A stretch of 64,000 nt of DNA from an uncultured Gemmataceae bacterium (GTDB lineage Bacteria > Planctomycetota > Planctomycetia > Gemmatales > Gemmataceae). Location of the stretch: assembly GCA_963750165.1 (NCBI GenBank), contig CAVVPN010000011.1, positions 1,536,001 through 1,600,000 of the forward strand, read 5' to 3'. Below, piece after piece: positions 48,662 to 58,391 of the stretch (positions are counted from its first letter, which is position 1; each line of letters begins with the position of its first letter). The notes beneath the pieces were generated by a model. It had not been told where the DNA came from. It searched no databases and saw only the letters and a list, made by a program, of their open reading frames with translations. The translations under genes and the position numbers were made by a program.

Positions 48662-50008
48662 TCACGCCGCCCGCGCCGCCGGCGGCGCCACCGCTACCGC
48701 TTGTCCCCGGCAGGTCCGTCGCCAGAGCACCACGACCGCGATTAGCCAGAACACCAGCGTCGCGTACATCACCACGCCGAGGTCGCGCATCGGCTGCCAG
48801 CCGGGCACGTGCGGCAGCACGCCGACGACCACGTTGGCCAGGAAAAGCGCGTACCAGCCGCGGCCCAGCGGCCGGCCCACCGGCTGCCGCGCCAGCAAAC
48901 CCATCACCAGCGGCAGCAGTAGCGCGAAGTAGTGCAGGTGCGCGATCGGGCTGAGCAGCAGCATGTTCATCAGCAGCGCCCCGACGAACAGGACCGTGCC
49001 GGGGCCGTCCTCCACCGATGTCGCCGCCTGGTCGCGGCGCCAGCCGGCCGCCAGCAGCGTCAGCAGCGTCAGCAGGCCGCCCAGCGCCAGCGCGGCGACG
49101 CGCAGCCCAGGGTCGGCGTGGCGCGGCCGCGTCAACGGGTCACGGTGCTGCGTGTTGTGCAGGACCGCCACGAACGATTGGCTCGCGGTCGCGGTCATGT
49201 CCGTCAGCTCCTGGGCACGGGCCTGGTCGCCGTGGTGCGTCAGGCCGGGCAGCAGCACCACCTCGGCCAACTCCTGGTAGTACGCAACGGTGCGTCCCGG
49301 GCCGAACACCGCCGCGGGCACCACGGCCAGGCCGACGGTCAGCCCCAGCGCACAGCCCGCCAGCATGCGCCAGTCGCGCCGCCACAGCGGATAGAGCAGC
49401 AGGAAGACGGGGATGATCTTGACGCACACTGCCGCCGCCAGCCACAGGCCCGCCGTCAGCCGCCGGCCGTGCAGCAGCGCCGCCAACATGCCGCTGAACA
49501 GGAACAGCAGCAGTAAATTGAGCTGGCCGCGCATGAGCGTGTGCGCGACCGGCGGCAGGCACGCCAGGACCGGCAGCGCGCGCAGCATCCACCAGCGCCG
49601 CCCGCCCACGGGGGTCGTCGATTCGAGGGCGGACGCCAGGCAGTGGACGGCGATGACCAGAAAGACGAGGTTGAGGACGTACCACAGGGCCGCGGACAGG
49701 GCGAAGGGTGGCATGCCGCTGGGGTCGGCGCCGGGGGGCGGACTGGCCAGCGGCGTCAGCACGATCGCCAGCAGCGGCGGGTAATGGTAGTGCCAGCTGT
49801 TGTTGTCGGTCACATGATAAAGGTCCGCCCCGGTGCGCACCGCCCACGCCGCCCGCAGATACACGTCCAGGTCGGTCATGCGCCGCGTCAGCAGGGCGGA
49901 GCGGATTTCCACCAGGACGCCGAACAGCACCGCGGCCACGGCCAGCGCGATCAGGCCGACTTTTTCCCAGCGATTCAGCCCGGCGCACGGGTTGAGGACG
50001 GCGGACAC
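48662..50008 (-). CDS. glycosyltransferase family 87 (DUF2029) membrane protein
   Basis: TDLDVY, YHYPP, RGQLN and VKIIP motifs; many TM segments. Confidence 0.85.
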   Translation of the reverse strand: MSAVLNPCAGLNRWEKVGLIALAVAAVLFGVLVEIRSALLTRRMTDLDVYLRAAWAVRTGADLYHVTDNNSWHYHYPPLLAIVLTPLASPPPGADPSGMPPFALSAALWYVLNLVFLVIAVHCLASALESTTPVGGRRWWMLRALPVLACLPPVAHTLMRGQLNLLLLFLFSGMLAALLHGRRLTAGLWLAAAVCVKIIPVFLLLYPLWRRDWRMLAGCALGLTVGLAVVPAAVFGPGRTVAYYQELAEVVLLPGLTHHGDQARAQELTDMTATASQSFVAVLHNTQHRDPLTRPRHADPGLRVAALALGGLLTLLTLLAAGWRRDQAATSVEDGPGTVLFVGALLMNMLLLSPIAHLHYFALLLPLVMGLLARQPVGRPLGRGWYALFLANVVVGVLPHVPGWQPMRDLGVVMYATLVFWLIAVVVLWRRTCRGQAVAVAPPAARAA

Positions 50009-50188
50009 GGCGGACCTCCTTTTTCCGGCAGCCCAGGGTACGCAATGCGGGCTATTCTCACAAGATCGGTCGGCCGGCGGCGGCGGATTGAGATTGTTTT
50101 CGGGTTTGTCCTCGGCGGGCGCACGGCGACTCTATAATGCACCCCAGGCGCCGGCCACGACGGCCGCGCCGCCACGCAAGGGGGAGCC

Positions 50189-51304
50189 ATGACGGACGAG
50201 CACCGGCCCGCGCTAACCTACCGCGACGCGGGCCTCGACCTGGAGTTGTACCAGCAGAGTTTGACCGCAATGGGGCCGTTCCTGCGGCGGACGCACACGC
50301 CGCGCGTCCTGCCGCCACCGTTCCCCTCCGCGCCGGGCGGCGGCAAAAAAGCGGGCGGCGGCTTCGCCAGCCTGTTCAGCCTCGATTACAACGAACGCCT
50401 GTTCGCCAAGAACTACCGCCACCCCGTCCTCATCAGCTGCACCGATGGCGTCGGCACCAAGCTAAAGGTCGCCGCGCTGATGAACAAGCACGACACTGTG
50501 GGCATCGACCTGGTGGCCATGTCGGTCAACGATGCGCTGTGTACGGGTGGCGAACCGCTGCTGTTCCTGGACTACCTGGCGATGCCGAAGGACGACCCGG
50601 CGTTGACGCGCGACCTCATCAAGGGCATCAGCGACGGCTGCCTGGAGGCGGACTGTGCGCTGGTCGGTGGCGAGACGGCGATCCTGCCGGACGTGTACCA
50701 GCCCGGCGACTACGATCTGGCCGGCTTCTGTGTCGGCGTGGTGGAGCGCGACCGCATTGTCAACGGCCGGGCGGTGCGGCCCGGCGACGCGGTGCTCGGC
50801 CTGGCGAGCAGCGGCTTTCACTCGAACGGCTACAGCCTGGTGCGCAAGGTGGTCTTCGAGCACGCGGGGCTGAAGGTGACGGACTTCGTGCCGGAGCTGG
50901 GCCGCACTGTCGGTGAGGCGCTGCTGGAGCCGACGCGGATTTACGTGCGGCCGGTCAAGGAAATCCTGGAGCACTACCCGGTCAAAAAGCGCGTGGTGCG
51001 CGGCCTGGCGCACATCACCGGCGAGGGGCTGCCAGGCAATGTGCCGCGGGTGCTGCCGCCGGGGCGGCGCGTGGTGCTGTGGCGCGGCAGCTGGCCGGTG
51101 CCGCCGGTGTTCCCGTGGCTGCAGCGGCTTGGTAACATCGCGCAGGGCGAGATGGAGAAGGTCTTCAACCTGGGCATCGGCTTCGTGATGATCGTCAGCC
51201 GCTACTACGCGGACAGTATTCGCAACCGATTGGAGGAACTGCGTGTGCCGACGTACCAGATCGGCGAGGTGCGCGAGGGCGAGCCGGGCGTGGAGTTTGA
51301 GTGA
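50189..51304 (+). CDS. purM: phosphoribosylformylglycinamidine cyclo-ligase
   Basis: TDGVGTK, VAMSVND, GGETA, SSGFHSNG, HITGEG, FNLGIG. Confidence 0.97.
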   Translation: MTDEHRPALTYRDAGLDLELYQQSLTAMGPFLRRTHTPRVLPPPFPSAPGGGKKAGGGFASLFSLDYNERLFAKNYRHPVLISCTDGVGTKLKVAALMNKHDTVGIDLVAMSVNDALCTGGEPLLFLDYLAMPKDDPALTRDLIKGISDGCLEADCALVGGETAILPDVYQPGDYDLAGFCVGVVERDRIVNGRAVRPGDAVLGLASSGFHSNGYSLVRKVVFEHAGLKVTDFVPELGRTVGEALLEPTRIYVRPVKEILEHYPVKKRVVRGLAHITGEGLPGNVPRVLPPGRRVVLWRGSWPVPPVFPWLQRLGNIAQGEMEKVFNLGIGFVMIVSRYYADSIRNRLEELRVPTYQIGEVREGEPGVEFE

Positions 51305-51462
51305 CCGACGAGGAAACGGCTTGTGGTTCTTGAAAGAGGGGGTAATATCTTACGGAATTGCATTGGAAACTTGCCCCGCATGTTTTCCGAACGCGCTAAG
51401 CCGCAAGCGGCAGATTGACGGGTTCGAGCGCAAGGGGAATCAATCCCCGACGGAGGACGCAC

Positions 51463-52638
51463 ATGGCCGTACCGACCGCCCCCCCTGCCCGCACGGGCCG
51501 CCGCGTGCGCCGCGTCGTGCTGGTGTTCGCCACCGGTGCGGCCGTCGGCGCCGTGATCGCCGGCCTGGCGCTGCCCCGGGTCGCCGCCATGGGGGACGTG
51601 GAAGCCCTGGGGACCATTCTGTACTGGGCGGTGGCGTGGACGCTCGGCGTGCTGCTGCTGCGGCCGCTCGTCCGTGTGCGGCCGGGCTGGCTGCGCTGGC
51701 TGCTGACGCTGACCATCGTCCTGCCGGCGTTCTGGCTGACGGCGGACCTGTTCCACGCGCTGCTGCTGCGGCGCTGCTACGCCAACTGGGAGGCGGGCAT
51801 CGAGCGCGACCCGGCGACGGGGGTGCGCGTCGGCTGTGAGGAACGTCAGTACGGCAACGGCGCCACCGCTCTGCTGCTCGTCCACGGCTTCGCCGACTCG
51901 CCCGCCATCTGGACGCGCATGGCCCCGGTGCTGGCGGACCAGAAGGGTTACACCTGCTACACCCTGCGGCTGCCGTACTTCGCCGAGCCCTTCGACCGCT
52001 ATGCCGCGAGCAGTGCCGCCGGCTGGCGGGCGCACCTGGCCGCAGAACTGGAGCGGCTGCACCGGAAACATCCGCGGGTCGTGGTCGTCGCCCATTCGCT
52101 GGGAGGTGCGGTGGCGCTGGATTACCTGACCGACCACCCCGAAGCGGCGGACGGCCTGGTGCTGCTGGCGCCGCTGATCGCGGTGTCGAATCGGCGCAGC
52201 CCACTGCTGGCCGCGGAGACGTGGTTCCACCTCCTGGATCACACGCTGGTCTTCAGCGACCGCGTGGCCATGCTGCTGCCGCCGGACGTGCATGACCCGC
52301 AGGCGGCGGCCGAGATGAAGGAAGACCGCTTCATCCCGCGGACGATCTACCGTGAGATGTTCGGGCTGATCGACCGCAACCGGGCGCGGCCGCAGCAATT
52401 TTCGCTGCCGCTGCTGCTGGTGCTGTCACGCACGGACCAGGTGGTCGATAGCCCGACGGCGGAGCGGTTCTTCCACGACTGCGGCACGCCCGCGGCGGCG
52501 AAACTTTTGCTGTGGAAGGATCAGGCGGGCCACGTGCTGCCGATCGACACCGGCTGGCGGGAGCTGGTCGAGGACATCGACCGTTTCGTGCGCTGGGTCC
52601 CCGAACGGCACGAGATCATCCCGCGCATGAACGACTGA
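51463..52638 (+). CDS. alpha/beta hydrolase with N-terminal TM helices
   Basis: LVHGF, AHSLGG, DQVV, AGH catalytic pattern. Confidence 0.88.
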   Translation: MAVPTAPPARTGRRVRRVVLVFATGAAVGAVIAGLALPRVAAMGDVEALGTILYWAVAWTLGVLLLRPLVRVRPGWLRWLLTLTIVLPAFWLTADLFHALLLRRCYANWEAGIERDPATGVRVGCEERQYGNGATALLLVHGFADSPAIWTRMAPVLADQKGYTCYTLRLPYFAEPFDRYAASSAAGWRAHLAAELERLHRKHPRVVVVAHSLGGAVALDYLTDHPEAADGLVLLAPLIAVSNRRSPLLAAETWFHLLDHTLVFSDRVAMLLPPDVHDPQAAAEMKEDRFIPRTIYREMFGLIDRNRARPQQFSLPLLLVLSRTDQVVDSPTAERFFHDCGTPAAAKLLLWKDQAGHVLPIDTGWRELVEDIDRFVRWVPERHEIIPRMND

Positions 52639-52646
52639 GGGACGCC

Positions 52647-53651
52647 ATGTACCGCCCTGTTCCGCTCCCGGTCGATGACGCCGGCCGTTTTTGCAGCGCC
52701 GCCGGGCTGCCGCCGGTCAGCCCCGAAACGCTGGCCCGGCAGCGGCCCGACGGTCTGTTGCTGCTGGCCGGCGCGACCGACCGCCCCGGCGGTCGCGCAG
52801 CGCTGTGGTGGCACGACACGCCGCCGCTAGAGGGCCAGCGTCTGGGACTGATCGGCCACTACTTCGCCGCCGACGCCGCCGCGGCTGCGGCGCTGCTGCA
52901 GGCGGCGTGCGCACAGTTGGCCGCCCAGGGCTGTACGCTGGCGGTCGGGCCGATGGACGGCAACACCTGGCAGCGCTATCGGCTGGTGACGGCCCGCGGC
53001 AGTGAGCCGCCGTTTTTCCTGGAGCCGGACAACCCCGACGACTGGCCCGCTCACTTCACCGACCACGGCTTCACCGAACTGGCCCACTACCACTCGTCGC
53101 TCAACACGGACCTGGACCGCGCGGATCCGCGCATGGCGGAGGTCACTCGCCGCGTCGCGGCAGCAGGGATCACCCTGCGACCGCTGCGGCTCGACCGCTT
53201 CGAGGAGGAACTGCACCACATCCACGCTCTGTCACTGCTGGCCTTCCGCAACAACTTCCTGTACACGCCGATCAGCCTGGAGGATTTTCTCGCCCAGTAC
53301 AGCCCGGTGCGCCGCCACGTCCGGCCGGAGCTGGCGCTGCTGGCCGAGCAGGACGGCCGGCTCATCGGCTACCTGTTCGCACTGCCCGACCTGCTCAAGT
53401 CCCAGCGCTGCCAGGCGCTCGACACCGTGATCCTGAAGACAGTGGCCGTCCAGCCCGAACACGGCGGCCTCGGCCTCGGCGGTCTGCTGGTGGCGCGCGT
53501 CCAGGAGGTGGCCCGCCGGCTCGGCTTCCGCCGCGCCATCCACGCGTTGATGCACGAGACGAACCGCTCCGGCCGCATCAGCAGCCACACCGCGACGATC
53601 TTCCGCCGCTATGCCCTGTTCGCCCGGCCGCTGGGCCAGGACCGGCCATGA
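52647..53651 (+). CDS. GNAT-family N-acetyltransferase
   Basis: GPMDGNTW...; KTVAVQPEHGGLGLG acyl-CoA motif. Confidence 0.82.
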   Translation: MYRPVPLPVDDAGRFCSAAGLPPVSPETLARQRPDGLLLLAGATDRPGGRAALWWHDTPPLEGQRLGLIGHYFAADAAAAAALLQAACAQLAAQGCTLAVGPMDGNTWQRYRLVTARGSEPPFFLEPDNPDDWPAHFTDHGFTELAHYHSSLNTDLDRADPRMAEVTRRVAAAGITLRPLRLDRFEEELHHIHALSLLAFRNNFLYTPISLEDFLAQYSPVRRHVRPELALLAEQDGRLIGYLFALPDLLKSQRCQALDTVILKTVAVQPEHGGLGLGGLLVARVQEVARRLGFRRAIHALMHETNRSGRISSHTATIFRRYALFARPLGQDRP

Positions 53652-55228
53652 ACCTCGCTCATCTGTTGCGCGACCAGGCGACCGCCCGGCCGCACGCCCC
53701 CGCCATTCTGGACGTCCACGGCGGCCGGCCGCGGCGCACCACCTTCGCCGAGCTGGACCGCGCTGCCGCCCGCGCCGCCGGCCTGCTGTGGCGGCACGGC
53801 CTGCGTCCCGGCGACGCGGTGCTCGTCTTCCACAAAATGTCCGCCGAACTGTACGTCGCCCTGAGCGCGCTGTTCCGCCTACGGCTGGTGGCCATGTTCC
53901 TCGACCCGTCCGCCGGCCGTGCGCACATCGAACGCTGCTGCGCATTGCAGCGGCCGCGGGCGCTGATCGCCGGCACGAAGGCGCACCTGCTGCGGCTGTG
54001 GTCGCCGGCGCTGCGCGACATCCCGACGCACTTCGTCATCGGCTGGCCGGTGCCGGGGGCCGTCCGCTGGGACGCCTGCGCCTGGACGCCGCCGCGCGAC
54101 GCGATTGAGGACTGCGCCGCCGACACGCCCGCCCTGCTGACCTTCACCAGCGGCAGCACCGGTCAGCCCAGGGCGGCGGTGCGGACACACGGTTTCCTGC
54201 GCGCCCAGCACGCGGTGCTGGCGGACAGCCTGCACCTGACGCCCGGCGACGTGGATGTAGCGACGCTGCCGATTGTGCTGCTGGCCAACCTCGCGTCCGG
54301 CGTGACCAGCCTGGTCCCGGCCGGCGACCTGCGGGCGCCCGGCGAGATCGACCCCGGCCCGGTGCTGGCGCAGATTCGGGCACACGCGGCATCCAGTGCC
54401 GTGGCGTCACCGGCGTTCTTCGAGCGCCTGGCCCGCCACGCTGCCGAGCATGGCGTCACGCTGCCGACGCTGCGGAAGCTGTTCACCGGCGGGGCGCCGG
54501 TGTTTTCGCGGCTGCTGGAGCAGGCGCAGCGGCTGGCGCCGCACGCCGAGGTGGTGGCGGTCTACGGTTCGACGGAAGCGGAGCCGATCGCGCACATCGC
54601 TCGGCACGAGCTGCAACCCGAGGACCACCTGGCGATGCTGGCTGGCCGCGGCCTGCTGGCGGGCGTGCCCGTGGCGTCGATCCGGCTGCGCATCCTGCGC
54701 GACCACTGGGGCAAGCCGGTCGGGCCGTGGACGGCTGCCGCGTTCGCCGCCGCCTGTCAGCCCGCGGGTCGGCCGGGCGAAATTATGGTCAGCGGTGCGC
54801 ACGTGCTGCCGGGCTACCTGCACGGCCAGGGCGACGAGGAGACGAAGTTCCGCGTGGACGGCGTCGTGTGGCACCGCACTGGCGACGCGGGCTACCTGGA
54901 CGACGCGGGCCGGTTGTGGTTGCTGGGCCGGTGTGCGGCGCGCATCCACGACGACCGCGGCGAGCTGTACCCATTCGCGGCGGAGACGGCGGTGTATCAG
55001 CACCCAGAAGTGCGGCGGGCGGCGCTGGTGGCACACCGCGGCCGCCGGGTGCTGGTAGTGGAGTGCTACCCGAGCGCTCGGCCGGTGGCGGCCGGCGTGT
55101 TGCAACAGGAGTTGGCGTGGGCGATGTTGGATGAAGTGCGGCTGTGCGCGCGCGTGCCGGTGGATAAGCGGCACAACGCCAAGGTCGATTACCCGGCCCT
55201 GCGGCAGTTGCTGGAAAATACTTCGTAG
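53648..55228 (+). CDS. AMP-dependent ligase (OleC-like)
   Basis: FTSGSTGQPR, YGSTEAEP, HRTGDAG, VDKRHNAKVD. Confidence 0.88.
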   Translation: MNLAHLLRDQATARPHAPAILDVHGGRPRRTTFAELDRAAARAAGLLWRHGLRPGDAVLVFHKMSAELYVALSALFRLRLVAMFLDPSAGRAHIERCCALQRPRALIAGTKAHLLRLWSPALRDIPTHFVIGWPVPGAVRWDACAWTPPRDAIEDCAADTPALLTFTSGSTGQPRAAVRTHGFLRAQHAVLADSLHLTPGDVDVATLPIVLLANLASGVTSLVPAGDLRAPGEIDPGPVLAQIRAHAASSAVASPAFFERLARHAAEHGVTLPTLRKLFTGGAPVFSRLLEQAQRLAPHAEVVAVYGSTEAEPIAHIARHELQPEDHLAMLAGRGLLAGVPVASIRLRILRDHWGKPVGPWTAAAFAAACQPAGRPGEIMVSGAHVLPGYLHGQGDEETKFRVDGVVWHRTGDAGYLDDAGRLWLLGRCAARIHDDRGELYPFAAETAVYQHPEVRRAALVAHRGRRVLVVECYPSARPVAAGVLQQELAWAMLDEVRLCARVPVDKRHNAKVDYPALRQLLENTS

Positions 55229-55394
55229 CCGACACGACGGTTGGCCGCCGCATCCCTCCCCAACCGGTCGAGAAGGTCACCAGTGCGTGCGACCCAGGGC
55301 GACGGGATGGAGCCGACAAAACCCGGTGCGAATGATTGACAGGTTGCGCCGGAGCGTGGATACTCAATTATTCTCTCTGGGAAGATGCTGGGGT

Positions 55395-55636
55395 CCACCC
55401 TGCCAGCGCGGTGCGCAGTGGCGTGGACCACAACCGGCAGGCCAGCGCTGCCAGGGGGCCAAATCTCGACGTCTGAAAAAGTTGGCACCCTTGGCCCCCT
55501 TGGCCCCCTTGCTGTGGCAACCGCCGCCGCTGGTGGTCGCGCCGTGCCACTCCCACGCGGCCAGGGCGCCCAATCTCGACGTATGAAAAAGTTGGCACCC
55601 TTGGCACCCTTGGCACCCTTGCTCTGTCAGCGCAGG
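55395..55636 (+). repeat. dispersed composite repeat, copy A (110-bp period with 9-bp subrepeats)
   Basis: AATCTCGACGT.TGAAAAAGTTGGC followed by (CCCTTGGC.)n at 55462 and 55572. Confidence 0.85.
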
Positions 55637-55781
55637 CCCCTGGTGGTCAGCCCGTGCCCGCCGTCCCACCCCGGCGCGCTCCGCGTGCGAACCGCGCGTA
55701 ATGTTACAGCGAGCGGGGTCGCGTCAGCGGTTTCCTGCCCGGTGCGTCGGCCGCACAGCGCGACACCTTGAGGATGACCTT

Positions 55782-58250
55782 ATGCGTGCGATGACCCTCC
55801 TCCTTGGCTCAGCGTTGGCTCTGGTGCCGGCGTCATCGGCCCGCGGACAACAGCCGTCTGGCAAGGCCAGGGATTTCTTTGAAAGCCACATCCGGCCCGT
55901 GCTGGTGACGCACTGCTACGGCTGTCATTCGAAAGAGGCGGCGAAACCGAAAGGAAACTTTCGCCTCGATCAACTCTCCCTGGATTTCGCCGACCGCGAC
56001 AGCCGGGACGCCTGGCTGGCGGTGGCGAAGCGCATCCAGGCGGGCGAGATGCCCCCGAAAGCGAAGCCGCGCCCGCCCCAGAAGGCGCTCCGGGCCGTGC
56101 TCGACTGGATCGACGCCGGTGTCAAGACGGCGGACGCGCGCCGTGCCGCCGAGGGCCGGGTCGTTCTGCGGCGGCTCAACCGGGTCGAGTACGAGAACAC
56201 CGTGCGCGACCTGCTGGGGGTGCCCGTTGAGCTGAAAGACTTGCTGCCGCTGGACGGCTCGGCAAACGGCTTTGACAACGTCGCCGACGCACTGCACGTC
56301 TCCTCGTTCTTGATGGAGAAGTATCTGGAAGGAGCTGAACGCGCCCTGAACCTGGCCATCGCCAACGGGCCGCAGCCGCCGGTGGTCAAGAAGCGCTACA
56401 GCCTGAAGGACACGCACCACATCAAGACGACCCAGGAGAAGGTCAACCTCAAGCGAGACGACGGCACGGTGGTGCTCTTCAGTTCGTCTGCCTGGCAAGC
56501 GGTGGTCCTGTCGCCGTTTTATCCGCCGCACCGCGGCACGTACCGCTTCCGCATCTCCGCCTCCGGTTTCCAGAGCGCCGGCAAGCCGGTCACCTATCGC
56601 GTGGACGCCGGCACCATGTTGATGGCGGGCAAGAATCATCTGGTGGGCTACTTCGACGCCCCCGCCGACAAGCCGGCCGTGCTGGAATTCCTCGATCACC
56701 TGGAAGCCCGGAGCACCATTCGCCTGCTGCCCTACGGACTGGCGAGCGCCCAGGCCGTCCACAAGATCGGCGCCGACAAGTACACGGGCCAGGGGCTGGC
56801 CGTGCAGTGGGTGGAGGTGGAAGGTCCGCTGCACGACGTCTGGCCGCCCGAGAGCCACCGCCGCATCTTCGGCGACCTGCCGCAAAAACCCGCGCCCGTT
56901 TACAACAACGGCAAACGAGTGGAGGTCGTTTCCAAAAACCCCGAGGCGGACGCCGAACGCATCCTGCGCGGCTTCGCCCGCCGCGCCTTTCGGCGGTCGG
57001 TCACCGACGACGACCTGAAGCCGTTCCTGAAGCTGGTCAAGGGCCGGCTGGCGGAGAAGTACACGTTCGAGCAGGCCGTGCGCGTGGGCCTCATGGCCGT
57101 GATGGTGTCGCCGGAGTTCCTGTTCCTGCGTGAACGACCCCCTCACCCTACCCTCTCCCCCAGGGGTGGGGGAGAGGGTAGGGTGAGGGGGATCGACGAC
57201 TTCGCCCTGGCGAGCCGGCTGTCCTACTTCCTGTGGAGCACCATGCCGGACGACGAGTTGCTCACCCTGGCCGGGCAAGGCAAACTGAGTCCGCCGGCGA
57301 CCCTGCGCCAGCAGGTCGAGCGCATGCTCAAACACCCGAAGGCGGCGGCCTTCACCGAGAACTTCGTCGGCCAGTGGCTCGGGCTGCGCGAGATTGACGC
57401 CACCATCCCGAGCCACATTCTCTACCCGGAATACGACGACATGCTCAAGCACTCGATGCTCCGGGAGACCTACCTGTTCTTTGACGAGGTGTTGAAACAC
57501 GACCTGAGCCTGACCAACTTTGTCCACTCCGATTTCACCATGCTCAACGGCCGGCTGGCGAAGCATTATGGCATCCCCGGCGTGGACGGCTGGGAGTTCA
57601 AGAAGGTAGCGCTGCCGAAAGACAGCCACCGCGGCGGCGTGCTGACGATGGCAAGCGTGCTCAAGGTGACTGCCAACGGCACCTACACCTCGCCGATTCA
57701 GCGCGGGGCGTTCGTGCTGGAACGCATCCTCGGGACGCCACCCCCGCGACCGCCCGAGGGCATCTCGGCCATCGAACCGGACATTCGCGGCGCCAAAACC
57801 ATTCGCCAGCAGTTGGCCAAGCACCGCAACGTGGAGACCTGCGCGAGTTGTCACGCCAAAATCGACCCGCCCGGATTCGCCCTGGAGAGCTTCGACGTGA
57901 TCGGTGGTTGGCGCGACCACTACCGGACCAGCGGCAACGGCAAACCGGTCATCGTGGCCGGCCGCAGGATGCCGTACCTTCAGGGGCCAAAGGTGGACCC
58001 CGCCGACGTGCTGCCGGACGGGCGGAAGTTTGGTAACATCGATGAGTTCAAGCAACTGTTATTGAAGGACAGGAAGCAACTCGCCCGCGCCCTGACCGAA
58101 CGGCTGGTGACCTACGCGACCGGCGCGGCGCCACGGCCGGCGGATCAACCGGCGATCGAGGCGATTGTCCGCGCCACCGGCGAGCGGAACTACGGGCTGC
58201 GGACACTGGTGCAGGAGATTGTGCAGAGTAAACTGTTCCAGAGCAAATAG
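55782..58250 (+). CDS. DUF1592/DUF1588 Planctomycete cytochrome c-domain protein
   Basis: CYGCH, RRLNRVEY, ASRLSYFLWST, TSPIQRG, CASCH. Confidence 0.93.
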   Translation: MRAMTLLLGSALALVPASSARGQQPSGKARDFFESHIRPVLVTHCYGCHSKEAAKPKGNFRLDQLSLDFADRDSRDAWLAVAKRIQAGEMPPKAKPRPPQKALRAVLDWIDAGVKTADARRAAEGRVVLRRLNRVEYENTVRDLLGVPVELKDLLPLDGSANGFDNVADALHVSSFLMEKYLEGAERALNLAIANGPQPPVVKKRYSLKDTHHIKTTQEKVNLKRDDGTVVLFSSSAWQAVVLSPFYPPHRGTYRFRISASGFQSAGKPVTYRVDAGTMLMAGKNHLVGYFDAPADKPAVLEFLDHLEARSTIRLLPYGLASAQAVHKIGADKYTGQGLAVQWVEVEGPLHDVWPPESHRRIFGDLPQKPAPVYNNGKRVEVVSKNPEADAERILRGFARRAFRRSVTDDDLKPFLKLVKGRLAEKYTFEQAVRVGLMAVMVSPEFLFLRERPPHPTLSPRGGGEGRVRGIDDFALASRLSYFLWSTMPDDELLTLAGQGKLSPPATLRQQVERMLKHPKAAAFTENFVGQWLGLREIDATIPSHILYPEYDDMLKHSMLRETYLFFDEVLKHDLSLTNFVHSDFTMLNGRLAKHYGIPGVDGWEFKKVALPKDSHRGGVLTMASVLKVTANGTYTSPIQRGAFVLERILGTPPPRPPEGISAIEPDIRGAKTIRQQLAKHRNVETCASCHAKIDPPGFALESFDVIGGWRDHYRTSGNGKPVIVAGRRMPYLQGPKVDPADVLPDGRKFGNIDEFKQLLLKDRKQLARALTERLVTYATGAAPRPADQPAIEAIVRATGERNYGLRTLVQEIVQSKLFQSK
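57138..57191. repeat. 54-bp perfect palindrome inserted in frame in a CDS
   Basis: CCCCCTCACCCTACCCTCTCCCCCA-GGGG-TGGGGGAGAGGGTAGGGTGAGGGGG. Confidence 0.9.
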
Positions 58251-58391
58251 CCGGCGAAGATCACCCGAGAAGGGACCATGACGCCGACAAGCCATGATTG
58301 AATTTGTTCTGGATACCGATTCAAGCAGGTTCGGAGTTGAAGATCGTGAGTTGGTCGGGTTGTTGAACTAAAACCAGCAACGGGAGCTAAG

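Noticed and set aside
55395..55636. Possible CRISPR array
   Set aside because: Only two units, no unique spacers, no cas genes.
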